A DNA stretch of 64,000 nt from Parcubacteria group bacterium Gr01-1014_31 (GCA_007376135.1 VMFR01000002.1:92870-156869); one strand, 5' to 3'. Shown: positions 28,308 to 38,733, counted from the stretch's first letter. Numbers and translations are program-made. Notes: generated by a model not told the origin, from the sequence alone.

Positions 28308-29069
28308 TCACGCCGGTCGGACGCTCGCGCGTCGGAATTGCGGCGAACGGGAAATACCCAGGCACGTCAACCCGTACCGCCCCATCGTGCGGATGATGTC
28401 CAGCCCATAGCGGACGCTACCGGAAAATCCGACCGAGGACGCATCCTTGAAATACCGCGTCGGAATGGGGATCTCCTGGATGTGGAACCCGTGCACCACG
28501 AGTTGCACAATAATCTCCGTGTCAAAAACGAAACCGTCCGAGTTCAGGTGCAGAGGCACGGTGTTCAGCACGCGCGCGCTATAGGCGCGGAATCCCGAGT
28601 GGTACTCGGTCAGCCGCAGCCCCAGACACCAATTCTCAAATACCGTCAACGCAATGTTGGGATAGTACTTCCAGCGCGGCATGCCGCCACTGAGGGCCGC
28701 GCCGCGGTAAATCATCCGCGAGCCGAACACCGCGTCGCACTGGCCGTTGATGATGGGAGCGACCAACTGCGGAATGGCGTGCGGGTCGTACTGGTGGTCG
28801 GGATGCACCATCACCACCACGTCGGCGCCGAGTTTGAGCGCTTCCGCGTAGCAGGTCTTTTGGTTGCCGCCGTAGCCGCGGTTGTTCGGATGCACCACGG
28901 TGCGTAGTCCCGAGGAACGGGCCAGCGCCGCGGTCCCGTCGGTGGACGCGTCATCCACCAGCACGATGTCATCCACCGTGTCGCGCGGGATGTCATGGAG
29001 CGTCTGCCGCAGCGTCTTTTCCGCGTTGTAGGCCGGCAGTACGGCAATGACCTTTGGGTGCGCGGGCAT
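28308..29069 (-). CDS. GT2 glycosyltransferase (DPM1-like)
   Basis: LPAYNA, DDASTDGT, GYGGNQK, HPDHQY, YHSGFRAY. Confidence 0.92.
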   Translation of the reverse strand: MPAHPKVIAVLPAYNAEKTLRQTLHDIPRDTVDDIVLVDDASTDGTAALARSSGLRTVVHPNNRGYGGNQKTCYAEALKLGADVVVMVHPDHQYDPHAIPQLVAPIINGQCDAVFGSRMIYRGAALSGGMPRWKYYPNIALTVFENWCLGLRLTEYHSGFRAYSARVLNTVPLHLNSDGFVFDTEIIVQLVVHGFHIQEIPIPTRYFKDASSVGFSGSVRYGLDIIRTMGRYGLTCLGISRSPQFRRASVRPA

Positions 29070-29072
29070 AGC

Positions 29073-30338
29073 TCAGGAAGTTTGCGCCGGAGCCGGCCGC
29101 CGCACCCAGGCGGTAGCGAGCAGCGCAATAATCACCCAGACGTAATTCTCGTTGAAGAACCGCGACAGCCACCAGAACGCCAGCAGCAGCGCAGCGCTAC
29201 CGGCCAACGCGCGGGAAAGGTCGTTGTCGCGCCGCTGCCACCACAACAACAAGGAAAGCAAGGGAATGACGACCATCAATTGAAGCATCCCGTAAGGGAA
29301 ATATGCCCGCGGCGACGATGGCCAGCCCAGCAGCTGCAGCAGCACCGACAGCCCAAGCCCGTAGATCGGATAGCTGGTCGGCAGCAAGCCGGCCGGGTAG
29401 CGATAGACGTCATCCCAGAACGCGGACCAGTTCCAGAGCGCAAAGGGGGCCGTAATGATGGCGGCGACCGCGGGCAGCAGCCACAATTGCCGCCGCTGTC
29501 GCGGATGTTCCCACCACCAATATGCCGCCAGGAACGGAATGACGAGCCACGCCGTCTGCTTGGAGGTGGCCGCCAGCGCCAGCGCAACGGCGCCGGCACT
29601 GCCGCGCCCGGCGGCGAACGCCGCGGCCGCGGCCACCAAGAATGCCAGCACGAACGTATCGCTGGTTCCCATGGTCACGGCGGCAACCGCGAAAGGATTG
29701 GCCAACAGCACGACGAGGTACGCCAGACGGTCCTGCTTGCGGCGCGGCAGCGTCCAGGCAGCGGCGGCAAGCAACGCCAGCGCCGCCAAGTGGGTGATGC
29801 GCTGGTCGTAGAACCCCAGGATCGGCTCGCTTACCATCGCCACGCCCGCGGATGCGACCGTATAGAACGGCAGCGTGATGTAGTGGAAGAGCGCGGGGTT
29901 GGCAAACCAAGTATTGCTGGATGCATCGTAGAATTGCCCGCCCTGCCACTGCTGGAGCGGCGTGCCGAGGTAGTCCACCGCGTAGAAATTACTACCGGCG
30001 CGCAGTTCCCGCACGCCCTCCTCGATCAATATGGCGTTGTCGTGCACGAACGCGACCGGGCCGGAGGCGCGGCGCAGCGCGACGAATGCGACCGTCGTCA
30101 CCCCCAGCAGCAGCACGAGCGCCGCACCGACGGCGATACCGCGCACCCGCGAAGACCATGACCGCGCCGCCAGATCGGCAACCAACGCGACGAGCGCGCA
30201 CAGCCAAAAGAGGTTGGCGATCGCGGTCCACACCGGCAACGGCAATTCTGCGCGCAGGCCAACGATGTCCAGCGCGCCCAGCAACAGCAAAGCCGCGGTT
30301 TCCGGCGCGATGATGCGGGTGCTGGTAATGGCGGGCAT
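29073..30338 (-). CDS. GT87-like membrane glycosyltransferase
   Basis: Multi-TM; HD, NP, D and KQ motifs typical of GT-C mannosyltransferases. Confidence 0.65.
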   Translation of the reverse strand: MPAITSTRIIAPETAALLLLGALDIVGLRAELPLPVWTAIANLFWLCALVALVADLAARSWSSRVRGIAVGAALVLLLGVTTVAFVALRRASGPVAFVHDNAILIEEGVRELRAGSNFYAVDYLGTPLQQWQGGQFYDASSNTWFANPALFHYITLPFYTVASAGVAMVSEPILGFYDQRITHLAALALLAAAAWTLPRRKQDRLAYLVVLLANPFAVAAVTMGTSDTFVLAFLVAAAAAFAAGRGSAGAVALALAATSKQTAWLVIPFLAAYWWWEHPRQRRQLWLLPAVAAIITAPFALWNWSAFWDDVYRYPAGLLPTSYPIYGLGLSVLLQLLGWPSSPRAYFPYGMLQLMVVIPLLSLLLWWQRRDNDLSRALAGSAALLLAFWWLSRFFNENYVWVIIALLATAWVRRPAPAQTS

Positions 30339-30340
30339 AC

Positions 30341-31081
30341 TTATCCTTTGGCGGCGGGCGGATCTTGCCGCAGCTGGCGGCGCAAGCGCAGCACGTCCTT
30401 CAAGTAGGTGATGCTGAGAGAAAAAATATTGACCTTGCTCACGCGGCCAGGCGGCTCGTGCCAGCGCACCGGGATCTCTTTGATGCGGTACCCCGCCACC
30501 CCTGCCCGAACGACCAGCTCGGTATCAAAGAACCAGCCGCCGTGCCGTATCTGGGGCAGCAAGGTGTCGCGCACGCGGCGGCTGATGGCCTTGAAGCCGC
30601 ACGGAGCATCCTGCACGGTGATGGGTACCAGGCTCGCCAGCACCCAACGGTAGCCGCGCGACGCCGTCCGGCGCAACCAATCGCGCGCGACCACGGCGCC
30701 CGGCGCGTAGCGCGACCCGACCGCCACGTCGTACCCCTCATGGGCAACCGCCCCGACCACCGCCGGGAGCGCCGAGAGGTCCGTCGCCAGGTCGGAATCC
30801 ATGAACAGATACACATCCGCATCCACTGCGCGCCACCCCGCCGCGATGGCATTACCCTTCCCTCGTTGGGGCACGGCCTCATACCGCACCCGCGCGTCGG
30901 TCGCCGCCAGGCCTTTCACCTGCGCTGCCGTATCGTCGGCGGACCCGTTGTCGGCCACCACCAGCACCGTGTCCCAATCGGGCAGCGATGCGGCGGCTGC
31001 CGTCAACACGGCGCGGCTGTTGGCGATGATGATTGTCCCCTCATCCAGGGCCGGGATGACGATGGCCAATTTTTGCTTCAT
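30341..31081 (-). CDS. Dolichyl-phosphate beta-glucosyltransferase-like GT2
   Basis: DNGSADDT, GKG, FMDSDL, DAPCGFK, WFFDTE. Confidence 0.9.
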   Translation of the reverse strand: MKQKLAIVIPALDEGTIIIANSRAVLTAAAASLPDWDTVLVVADNGSADDTAAQVKGLAATDARVRYEAVPQRGKGNAIAAGWRAVDADVYLFMDSDLATDLSALPAVVGAVAHEGYDVAVGSRYAPGAVVARDWLRRTASRGYRWVLASLVPITVQDAPCGFKAISRRVRDTLLPQIRHGGWFFDTELVVRAGVAGYRIKEIPVRWHEPPGRVSKVNIFSLSITYLKDVLRLRRQLRQDPPAAKG

Positions 31082-32685
31082 AGGGCGGGTACGGGCGACA
31101 CTTCAAAAATAGTAGCCTCGGGGTCGCGGTAGACTTCGCGGAAGCCCGGATTGCCGGCGACCAGCTTGCGCATGGACTCCTGCTCTTTGCCGACGAACAC
31201 GAACTGAGCGCCGAAGCGTTGAGCCACGATCTCGTACAGCCGAACGCGCTCACGGGCGGTGGTCACTCGTTCCCATTCACCATAGCGGACACGGTCGAAC
31301 CGGTACATGAATGTCGGGTCCAGGCCGACCAGGTAGCGGCTCTGGCTATTGTAGTACCACAACATCGGGAAATCGTCCCAGTCGCTGTGGAAGACCAGCG
31401 CATCGGGCGGCGTGTTGGCCCGCAGCCACGCCGAGGCCGCGGCAAACCGGGTCAGCGGGATGCCGTCGCGAAATGCGCCGCGCACGCTGGAAACGTCGCG
31501 CACCACCAGGTAGGGCACCATCAGCAGCGGCAGCACCACGGCCGCCAGGAACAATTTTTGCTCACGCAGGAACGCTTTCAATTCGTTCCAAAACGGCTGC
31601 AGCGGCTGGCCTGCGACGCAGCCACGCAGCGCATCGGCGGAAAAGAGGATGGAGATCGGCACGAGGTACTCCACATTGCGGCGCGACCGCAACGTCAAGG
31701 CGTAGAGCAGCGCCGTCGCCAGCAGCAGGAATCCCGTTCGCGGGGCTTGCCGCCGCCACGTCAGGACATAGAGCGTCAACCCCACGATCGCAACGAACGA
31801 GGCTAAGCTGGTGGCCGCCAGCAACTCCAGCGCGGGGTAGGGATACCACTCCCCGCCTACGCCGATGGTTTCCTGATAGTTGATGACGGCGATCTGCACG
31901 ATCTGATTCCAATAGAACTGGAGGTGGTAGGGAAAATACGGGTGCAGCAGCAGCGCCAGCAAGATGCCGCCCATGACCGCGCCCAAGCTCCTGATCTGCC
32001 GCCGGAGCGCAGCCCGCCGCTCCCCCGCGGGCGCGAGCCCAACCAGCGCGAAGGCGTACAACCCGGCCAGCACCACCATGAGCGGCCAGCCACCGTAGAG
32101 CCAGACGTAGAAAAAACTGGTTGCGGCCAGCCACCGCAGGCGCGCGCGCGTCAGCAGTATGAGCCAGACAAACAGCACCGCGAACGCGAGCGGCTGCGCT
32201 TTCGCGAGGTTGGCGCGGAACACGAACGGACTGGTGGCCAGTAGTAGCGCCGTTGCATAGCCGGCCCGGGGCACGCCCCAGGTCCGCAGCAGCGCGTAGA
32301 ACGCGGTCACCGCCGTGGCGAAGAACGTGACGGTCGCCAATTTCAGACCCAGCAGCGGCGGCAAGAGCCGCACCCACGGAATGAGCAGCACGTGGTAGAG
32401 GAATTGATGATCCGCAAAGCTGTCACGTAGTACCGTGAACTGCAGCCACGGGAACTGGGTGAAGATGCCGCGCTCCGAGATGAGGAGCGCCATCTTGGCG
32501 TGGTAGAAAGAATCCGGGTCGGCGAAGGTCGGCGTGGCCTGCACCCAGACGGACAAGAGTCCGGCAACGGTAAAAACCGTCAGGTACGCCAACATCGGCC
32601 GTCGCGCCAAGTGACGGGCGAATGCGTGCCGCAGCGCGGCGATGGCGGCAACCAACGGATGGCGGGCAACCCAGGCAAATGGCAT
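31078..32685 (-). CDS. Multi-TM putative GT-C protein
   Basis: DPDSFYH luminal motif, GGEW, soluble C-terminal domain with DWDD. Confidence 0.65.
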   Translation of the reverse strand: MPFAWVARHPLVAAIAALRHAFARHLARRPMLAYLTVFTVAGLLSVWVQATPTFADPDSFYHAKMALLISERGIFTQFPWLQFTVLRDSFADHQFLYHVLLIPWVRLLPPLLGLKLATVTFFATAVTAFYALLRTWGVPRAGYATALLLATSPFVFRANLAKAQPLAFAVLFVWLILLTRARLRWLAATSFFYVWLYGGWPLMVVLAGLYAFALVGLAPAGERRAALRRQIRSLGAVMGGILLALLLHPYFPYHLQFYWNQIVQIAVINYQETIGVGGEWYPYPALELLAATSLASFVAIVGLTLYVLTWRRQAPRTGFLLLATALLYALTLRSRRNVEYLVPISILFSADALRGCVAGQPLQPFWNELKAFLREQKLFLAAVVLPLLMVPYLVVRDVSSVRGAFRDGIPLTRFAAASAWLRANTPPDALVFHSDWDDFPMLWYYNSQSRYLVGLDPTFMYRFDRVRYGEWERVTTARERVRLYEIVAQRFGAQFVFVGKEQESMRKLVAGNPGFREVYRDPEATIFEVSPVPAL

Positions 32686-32872
32686 AACCGAGACGCGCGG
32701 AGCAACATCAGCACCGCCAGTGCGCCACTATGAAAAGGGGAAGCGCTGCCTTTATCCTAGCGGTCGGTTGCTGTCAACGCAACAGCGTTTTTACCGCCGA
32801 ATGGATTGCGCGGAATGGAAAAATATGGCATACTGACCGCTGCACATCACCGTTCATTCAGGTTGATTTTTT

Positions 32873-33586
32873 ATGTCAGGACACAGCAAATGGGCGACCA
32901 CCCACCGCGCCAAGAGCGCCGTGGATTCCAAGCGAGGAGCCGTCTTCACCAAACTGACGCGGGCGATCTCTTCGGCGGCGCGGAGCGGCGGCGGCAATCC
33001 GGAATCCAATTTCAAACTGCGGTTGGCCATGGACCAGGCGCGGGCGGCCAACATGCCCAAGGATAATATAGAACGCGCCATCGCCAAGGCGACCGGCCAG
33101 GGCGGCGACGTGCAGCTGGAGGCGGTCACCTACGAGGGCTTCGGCCCGCACGGCGTGGCTGTCATCGTCGAGTGCTTGACGGACAACCGGAACCGCACCA
33201 GCCACGAGATCCGCCACCTGTTCGAAGGACGGGGCGGCCACATCGGCACGCCCGGCAGCGTGGGCTGGCAATTCGAACGGACGGGCATCGTCACGACGGC
33301 AACCGTTTCCCCCGATGACGAGCTTGCCCTCATTGACTTGGGCGCATCGGACATCCGGCGCGACGACCGCGAGGTAACGGTCCTCTGCCCGCCCGCCCAA
33401 CTGGAGGCCGTACGGAAATTCTTCAACTCCCGGGGCGTGGCCGCGGAAGCCAAGCTGGGCCTACTACCGAAGGAGACCAAGCCGCTCGCCAGCGAAAAAG
33501 AAGTCGCCGACCTGCAGACGCTGCTCGACCAGCTCGACGACCACCCCGACGTCCAAGAATGCCATCATAATGCCGAAAGCCCGTGA
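32873..33586 (+). CDS. yebC: YebC/PmpR family protein
   Basis: MSGHSKW, NMPKDNIERAI, YEGFGPHG, TDNRNRT. Confidence 0.96.
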   Translation: MSGHSKWATTHRAKSAVDSKRGAVFTKLTRAISSAARSGGGNPESNFKLRLAMDQARAANMPKDNIERAIAKATGQGGDVQLEAVTYEGFGPHGVAVIVECLTDNRNRTSHEIRHLFEGRGGHIGTPGSVGWQFERTGIVTTATVSPDDELALIDLGASDIRRDDREVTVLCPPAQLEAVRKFFNSRGVAAEAKLGLLPKETKPLASEKEVADLQTLLDQLDDHPDVQECHHNAESP

Positions 33587-33587
33587 A

Positions 33588-33691
33588 CCCCGTACCACAG
33601 GCTTATCCTCGGAGATTTACCTCATCGTCCCTCAGTTATGCTCATGGTATTTTGCGCGAGACATACGCGCGTAGTTTCCTGTGGTACGGGG
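33588..33691. mobile_element. Inverted-repeat element family B (104 bp) with TGAA direct repeats, in the ruvC 5' end
   Basis: TGAA|CCCCGTACCACAGG...CCTGTGGTACGGGG|TGAA; perfect 14-bp arms. Confidence 0.75.
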
Positions 33692-34181
33692 TGAACGCAC
33701 CGTGCTGGGGATCGACCCGGGGCTGGCAACGACCGGCTTCGGCGTGCTGACGGTTGCCCCCGGCACCATCTCAGCCCAAGCCTTCGGCGTCATCCGAACC
33801 CCGGCGCACCGCCCGGATACCGAGCGCCTCGTTTCTATCCAGCGCGAACTCGAAGCGCTGATTTCTCGCTACCGACCCGACCTCGTGGCCGTCGAAAAAC
33901 TTTTCTTCAACACCAACACCACCACCGCGATGGCCGTCTCGCAGGCGCGCGGGGCGGTACTGGCGGTCTGCGGTGCGGCGCACCTGCCCCTCCGGGAGTG
34001 CACGCCGCTCGAGGTCAAGCAGGCGGTGACCGGCTACGGCCGCGCCGACAAAGGCCAGATGCAGCGGATGGTCGCGCTGCTGCTGAAACTCAAGGAAATC
34101 CCGCGCCCGGATGATGCGGCCGACGCGCTGGCCGTGGCCATCTGCGGCGCGCAGACCAAAGTTTGGGGAGAGAACCGCTGA
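33681..34181 (+). CDS. ruvC: Holliday junction resolvase
   Basis: LGIDPG, VEKLFF, VKQAVTGYGRADK, DDAADALA; start uncertain. Confidence 0.95.
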   Translation: MVRGERTVLGIDPGLATTGFGVLTVAPGTISAQAFGVIRTPAHRPDTERLVSIQRELEALISRYRPDLVAVEKLFFNTNTTTAMAVSQARGAVLAVCGAAHLPLRECTPLEVKQAVTGYGRADKGQMQRMVALLLKLKEIPRPDDAADALAVAICGAQTKVWGENR

Positions 34182-34185
34182 ATCT

Positions 34186-35244
34186 ATGTCGTACCGCATC
34201 GCCTTGCTCGCCACGCCTTGGGAAGCGGTACCGCCCCCGAAGTACGGCGGCACGGAACTGATCGTCGCCAACCTCGCGGATGAACTCACCCGCCGCGGCC
34301 ATACCGTCACGGTGTTTGCCACCGGCGACTCGCGTCCCGCTGGCCGCCTGGCGGCGGTGTTCCCCCGCGCGCTCTACCGCGACGGCGTCCCCTGGAACGA
34401 CACGCTGCGCCCGCTGCAACACGTCGCTGCCTGTTTCACCCGCGCCCGCGAGTTCGACCTCATCCACAACCATGCCAACTACTTCGGCCTGCTGTTCGCG
34501 AACCTGGTGCCAACCCCGGTGGTCACCACCTACCATGGCGACTTTGTGACCGCGGAAAAGATCCCGGAAAAACGGCACCTGCTGGAGGCGTTCCGTCGCG
34601 CTCCGTTCGTTGCCATCAGCTGGCGCCAACGCGCCCTGGCAAAAACCCGCCTCAATTTCGTCGGTACCGTTCACAACGGCATCGCCATTGAACAGTTCCC
34701 TTTTTCGCCGCGGCCCGGCAACTACCTGTGCTGGCTAGGACGCATCACCGAAAAAAAAGGGATCCTTGAAGCCATCACGGTCGCCCGTCGGCTGCGCCTG
34801 CCGCTGAAGATCGGCGCCAAGATCGACCCGGTCGACCGCGCGTTCTTCAAACACCGCGTGGAGCGCCGCATCGACGGCAAACATATCCAATACCTGGGAG
34901 AGCTGGACCACCGCGGAAAAACCCGGCTGCTGAAAAGGGCGCTCGCGCTCTTGAACCCCATCACCTGGGAGGAACCATTCGGCCTGGTCATGGCGGAGGC
35001 GATGGCCTGCGGCACGCCGGTTATCGCCTTCCCCCGCGGCGCGGCTCCCGAGATCGTTGCCGATGGAGTGACGGGCTACCTGCCCACCACGGTGGACCGC
35101 ATGGTGGCCGCGGTCAAACGCATCCACCATATCCGGCGTAGCGCCTGCCGTGCCCGCGCAGCGCGATACTTCAGCCGGGAAGCGATGACTGACGGCTACG
35201 AGAAGATCTACGCGCGAGTACTGCGACGGGAAAAAGGCCGATAA
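34186..35244 (+). CDS. GT4 glycosyltransferase
   Basis: VPPPKYGGTE, EEPFGLVMAEAMACGTP. Confidence 0.93.
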   Translation: MSYRIALLATPWEAVPPPKYGGTELIVANLADELTRRGHTVTVFATGDSRPAGRLAAVFPRALYRDGVPWNDTLRPLQHVAACFTRAREFDLIHNHANYFGLLFANLVPTPVVTTYHGDFVTAEKIPEKRHLLEAFRRAPFVAISWRQRALAKTRLNFVGTVHNGIAIEQFPFSPRPGNYLCWLGRITEKKGILEAITVARRLRLPLKIGAKIDPVDRAFFKHRVERRIDGKHIQYLGELDHRGKTRLLKRALALLNPITWEEPFGLVMAEAMACGTPVIAFPRGAAPEIVADGVTGYLPTTVDRMVAAVKRIHHIRRSACRARAARYFSREAMTDGYEKIYARVLRREKGR

Positions 35245-35291
35245 CTCAACACCCTGTTCCCCTCCGCCTAATTCCTATCTTTCACCGCGAT

Positions 35292-36509
35292 ATGCCCCAG
35301 CCGCTGAGAATACTATTTTTGCACCACTTCCCGTTGTGGGGCTGCGGCAGCGGCACGTTCGTGCGCAACCTCGCTATCCGATTGTCCGGCAAACAAGAGA
35401 TCGCCATCGCCTGCCCGGAAACCCGCACGGTCGAGGGCGTCAAACTCTACCCCATCAAGCTGCCGTTCTTCGCCTCGTTCACCGGCCATCCGGAACACCC
35501 GAACAGCAAACTCTATGCGGAGCTATCGCCCGGGGAGATCACGCAGCTGTACCGGGCGTTCCTGCACTACGCGGTGGACGCGGTGGAGAATTTCCGGCCC
35601 CACATCATCCACGCCAACCACGCCGGCGTGCTGACGTGGGCGGCGCGCTACCTCTACGCCATCTACGGCATCCCGTACCTGGTCACCATCCACGGCACCG
35701 ATCTGCACAACATCGACCTCGACCGCCGCTACTGGCACCTGTCGCGCGACGCCGTCAAAGCCGCGCGGCAGATCACGTGCGTGTCCGGCGATACGCGGGC
35801 ATGGTTCTACCGCATCTTCGGGGGCGAGGACAAGCTTCGCGCCAAGATCCGCACCATCCCCGCGGGCATCAACTTGGCCGATTACGACCGGACCCTGAGC
35901 ACCGACGACCTGGACGCCAAGTACAAACTGACCGGACGTCCGGTGGTCATGTTCGCCGGCAAGCTGACGCCCTACAAGGGAGTGCGCTACCTGGTCAAAG
36001 CAGCGCGCTGGATCAACGGCGAGGTGGTCATCATCGGCGATGGGCCGGAACTCCACACGCTCACGGACCTCGCGCGCGACCTGAAGGTCTCGAACGTGCG
36101 GTTCTTGGGTCACTTCGGAAAAAAGGATGACCTCTGGCTGCACAAATTCTATCAGCGGGCAGACGTGTTCGTGGCGCCGTCGGTCTGGGATGAGCCGCTG
36201 GGCATGGTCATCCTGGAAGCCATGGCCTACGGCACGCCGGTGGTGGTCACCCGCAAGGGCGGCATCCCGCTGGCGGTGAAAGACGGCGTCAACGGCCGCT
36301 TCATCAAGCCGCGCAACAGCCACGACATCGCCGACAAGGTCAATGCGCTCTTGGCCGACCCCGCGCGGCGGCGGCAACTGGGCGAACAGGCCCGGCAGGT
36401 GGTGGAGGAGAAATTCACCTGGGACAAGATCGCCGAGAAGTTCCTACAGATCTACCGGGCGCGGGCCGCGGGAGGCAACGGAAAGAACGGCAAAACCGAT
36501 CGCACCTAG
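35292..36509 (+). CDS. GT4 glycosyltransferase
   Basis: GCGSG, HGTD, EPLGMVILEAMAYGTP. Confidence 0.93.
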   Translation: MPQPLRILFLHHFPLWGCGSGTFVRNLAIRLSGKQEIAIACPETRTVEGVKLYPIKLPFFASFTGHPEHPNSKLYAELSPGEITQLYRAFLHYAVDAVENFRPHIIHANHAGVLTWAARYLYAIYGIPYLVTIHGTDLHNIDLDRRYWHLSRDAVKAARQITCVSGDTRAWFYRIFGGEDKLRAKIRTIPAGINLADYDRTLSTDDLDAKYKLTGRPVVMFAGKLTPYKGVRYLVKAARWINGEVVIIGDGPELHTLTDLARDLKVSNVRFLGHFGKKDDLWLHKFYQRADVFVAPSVWDEPLGMVILEAMAYGTPVVVTRKGGIPLAVKDGVNGRFIKPRNSHDIADKVNALLADPARRRQLGEQARQVVEEKFTWDKIAEKFLQIYRARAAGGNGKNGKTDRT

Positions 36510-36598
36510 CCCGGACAACATTGGGGAGAAACGACGGCCGTCAAGGCCGTCTTTTTCGCGCCTTCGACCGGTAAATAATGGTATACTGAAGCCGTCCT

Positions 36599-37657
36599 AT
36601 GTCCCGCACGCGACGGCCCCGCATCGCAATTATCGCTCCATTCTTCCTGCCCATTCCGCCGCGGCGGCAAGGCGGTACGGAATGGATCGTTGCCCATCAG
36701 GCCGACGGCTTGGTGGACCGCGGCTATCCCGTCACCCTCCTGGCGGTCGCGGGATCCACCACGCGCGCCCGGCTCATTCCCGTCATTACGCGCGGCGTGA
36801 GCGACTACCCACTGCGGCTGGACTCCATGGAGGCGTCACGGAAATTACGGCTGGAAATGACGGCGCTTGGATTGGCCGCCGAGCACCTGCGCCAGAACCG
36901 CTTCGACCTGGTCTTCAACCATGCCCGCGGCGGCGAGCTGCTCTACCCGCTGTTGCGGCAGATGGGGGTGCCCATGGTCACCGTGCTGCACCTGCCGGTG
37001 TTCAGTGAAAACGCAAAATTCCTGGCCGGACAACGAGCGCCGCTGGTCTCTATCAGCAACCATGAACGGCGGGCCTTTCCGCGACTCAATTATGTCGCGA
37101 CCGTGTACAATGGTGTGAACACCAAAACGTTCTCCTTCAACGCCAAACCCCGCGATTACCTGCTGATGATGACCACCATCGGCGAACATAAAAATACGCT
37201 CGATGGGATCGTGGCGGCAAAACGCGCGCGCCGAAAGCTGATCATCGCCGGCAAGATCCGCGACCATGCCTACTTTGCCGCCAAGATCAAACCGCGCCTG
37301 GACGGCCGAACGGTGCGCTACCTCGGCGAGGTCGGGCTCAAGGAAAAGATCCGGCTCTACCGCAACGCCAGTGCACTCCTGTTCCCGGTGGTCTGGGAAG
37401 AACCATTCGGCTTGGTGATGATCGAATCACTCTCCTGCGGCACGCCGGTTGTAGGCTACCGGAGCGGCGCCGTGCCGGAGGTTATCCGTCACGGCATCAC
37501 GGGTTTCATCACGCCGAAAACTCCGGCTGCGTTGGCCCAAGCCATCCGCCGCCTTCCCGAGATCGACCGCGCCGCGTGCCGGCACGACGCGGTACGACGT
37601 TTTTCGCTCGACCGCATGCTCGACGGCTACGAAAAGGTCATCCATCATCTCATTTGA
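36599..37657 (+). CDS. GT4 glycosyltransferase
   Basis: IPPRRQGGTE, EEPFGLVMIESLSCGTP. Confidence 0.93.
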   Translation: MSRTRRPRIAIIAPFFLPIPPRRQGGTEWIVAHQADGLVDRGYPVTLLAVAGSTTRARLIPVITRGVSDYPLRLDSMEASRKLRLEMTALGLAAEHLRQNRFDLVFNHARGGELLYPLLRQMGVPMVTVLHLPVFSENAKFLAGQRAPLVSISNHERRAFPRLNYVATVYNGVNTKTFSFNAKPRDYLLMMTTIGEHKNTLDGIVAAKRARRKLIIAGKIRDHAYFAAKIKPRLDGRTVRYLGEVGLKEKIRLYRNASALLFPVVWEEPFGLVMIESLSCGTPVVGYRSGAVPEVIRHGITGFITPKTPAALAQAIRRLPEIDRAACRHDAVRRFSLDRMLDGYEKVIHHLI

Positions 37658-37659
37658 AT

Positions 37660-38733
37660 ATGAAGAGATTGAAGATCGCGCAGATCGCGCCCCTCTGGAT
37701 CCGAGTGCCGCCCGAAAAGTACGGCGGCACGGAGCTCATCGTCTACCACCTGTGCGAAGAATTGGTTGCCCGCGGCCACAAGGTGACGCTCTTTGCCTCG
37801 GGCAATTCGAAAACTTCGGCGAAATTGGTGCCGGGGTTCCGCACCAATTTATTGGCCGCCGGCATCCCATGGACCAGCCAGCTGGAAACGCTGCGCCATC
37901 TCGCGCAAGCCTACGCGCGCAGCGGCGAATTCGACCTGGTGCACTCGCACGTCGACCTGTATGAGACGTTCTTCGCGCGCTTCTCCCGCGCGCCAGTGGT
38001 GCACACCATCCACAACCCGCTGTATTCGTCGCGCAAAGACGACCTGCGGCTGCAGATCCTCACGAACAGCCGGTGGTCGCATTATGTGACCATCTCCAAT
38101 TCGCAGTATCGGCTCGGCTCGGCTCACCTCAACCGCGCGGGCACCGTGTACAACGGCATCGATATTTCGAAGTTCCGATATATCAAAAAAGGCGGCGACC
38201 ACTTCATCTGGATCGCGCGCGTTGACCCCTACAAAGGTATTGAGAACGCAATCACGGCCTGCGAACGGGCTCACGTCAAGTTGACCCTGGCTGGCCGGCT
38301 GGATGCGACGCGGCGGCAGTACTTTCGCCAGCGCATCCGCCCGCACCTCAGGCACGGTATCCGTTGGGAAGGCGAGATCGGCGGCAGCCAGAAGAACGCG
38401 TTCTTCGGCTCGGCTCAGGCGCTGCTCTACCCGATCGAGTGGCACGAACCGTTCGGCCTGGTCATGGTGGAAGCCATGGCCTGCGGCACGCCGGTCATCG
38501 CCTACGACCGCGGCTCGGTGCGGGAGCTGGTCAAAGACGGCGTGACCGGGTTTGTGGTGAACACCATCCCGGAAATGGTACGGGCCATCAAAAAGGTGGG
38601 CGCCATCGACCGCGCCGCCTGCCGCGCCTGGGTGGAGAAAAAATTCACGGTGCAAACGATGGTGGACGGCTATGAACGAGTATACGAACGGATCTTAAGT
38701 CAACGTACGAAAGGTAAAGGGCGGAATTCTTGA
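37660..38733 (+). CDS. GT4 glycosyltransferase
   Basis: VPPEKYGGTE, HEPFGLVMVEAMACGTP; start at 37660. Confidence 0.93.
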   Translation: MKRLKIAQIAPLWIRVPPEKYGGTELIVYHLCEELVARGHKVTLFASGNSKTSAKLVPGFRTNLLAAGIPWTSQLETLRHLAQAYARSGEFDLVHSHVDLYETFFARFSRAPVVHTIHNPLYSSRKDDLRLQILTNSRWSHYVTISNSQYRLGSAHLNRAGTVYNGIDISKFRYIKKGGDHFIWIARVDPYKGIENAITACERAHVKLTLAGRLDATRRQYFRQRIRPHLRHGIRWEGEIGGSQKNAFFGSAQALLYPIEWHEPFGLVMVEAMACGTPVIAYDRGSVRELVKDGVTGFVVNTIPEMVRAIKKVGAIDRAACRAWVEKKFTVQTMVDGYERVYERILSQRTKGKGRNS

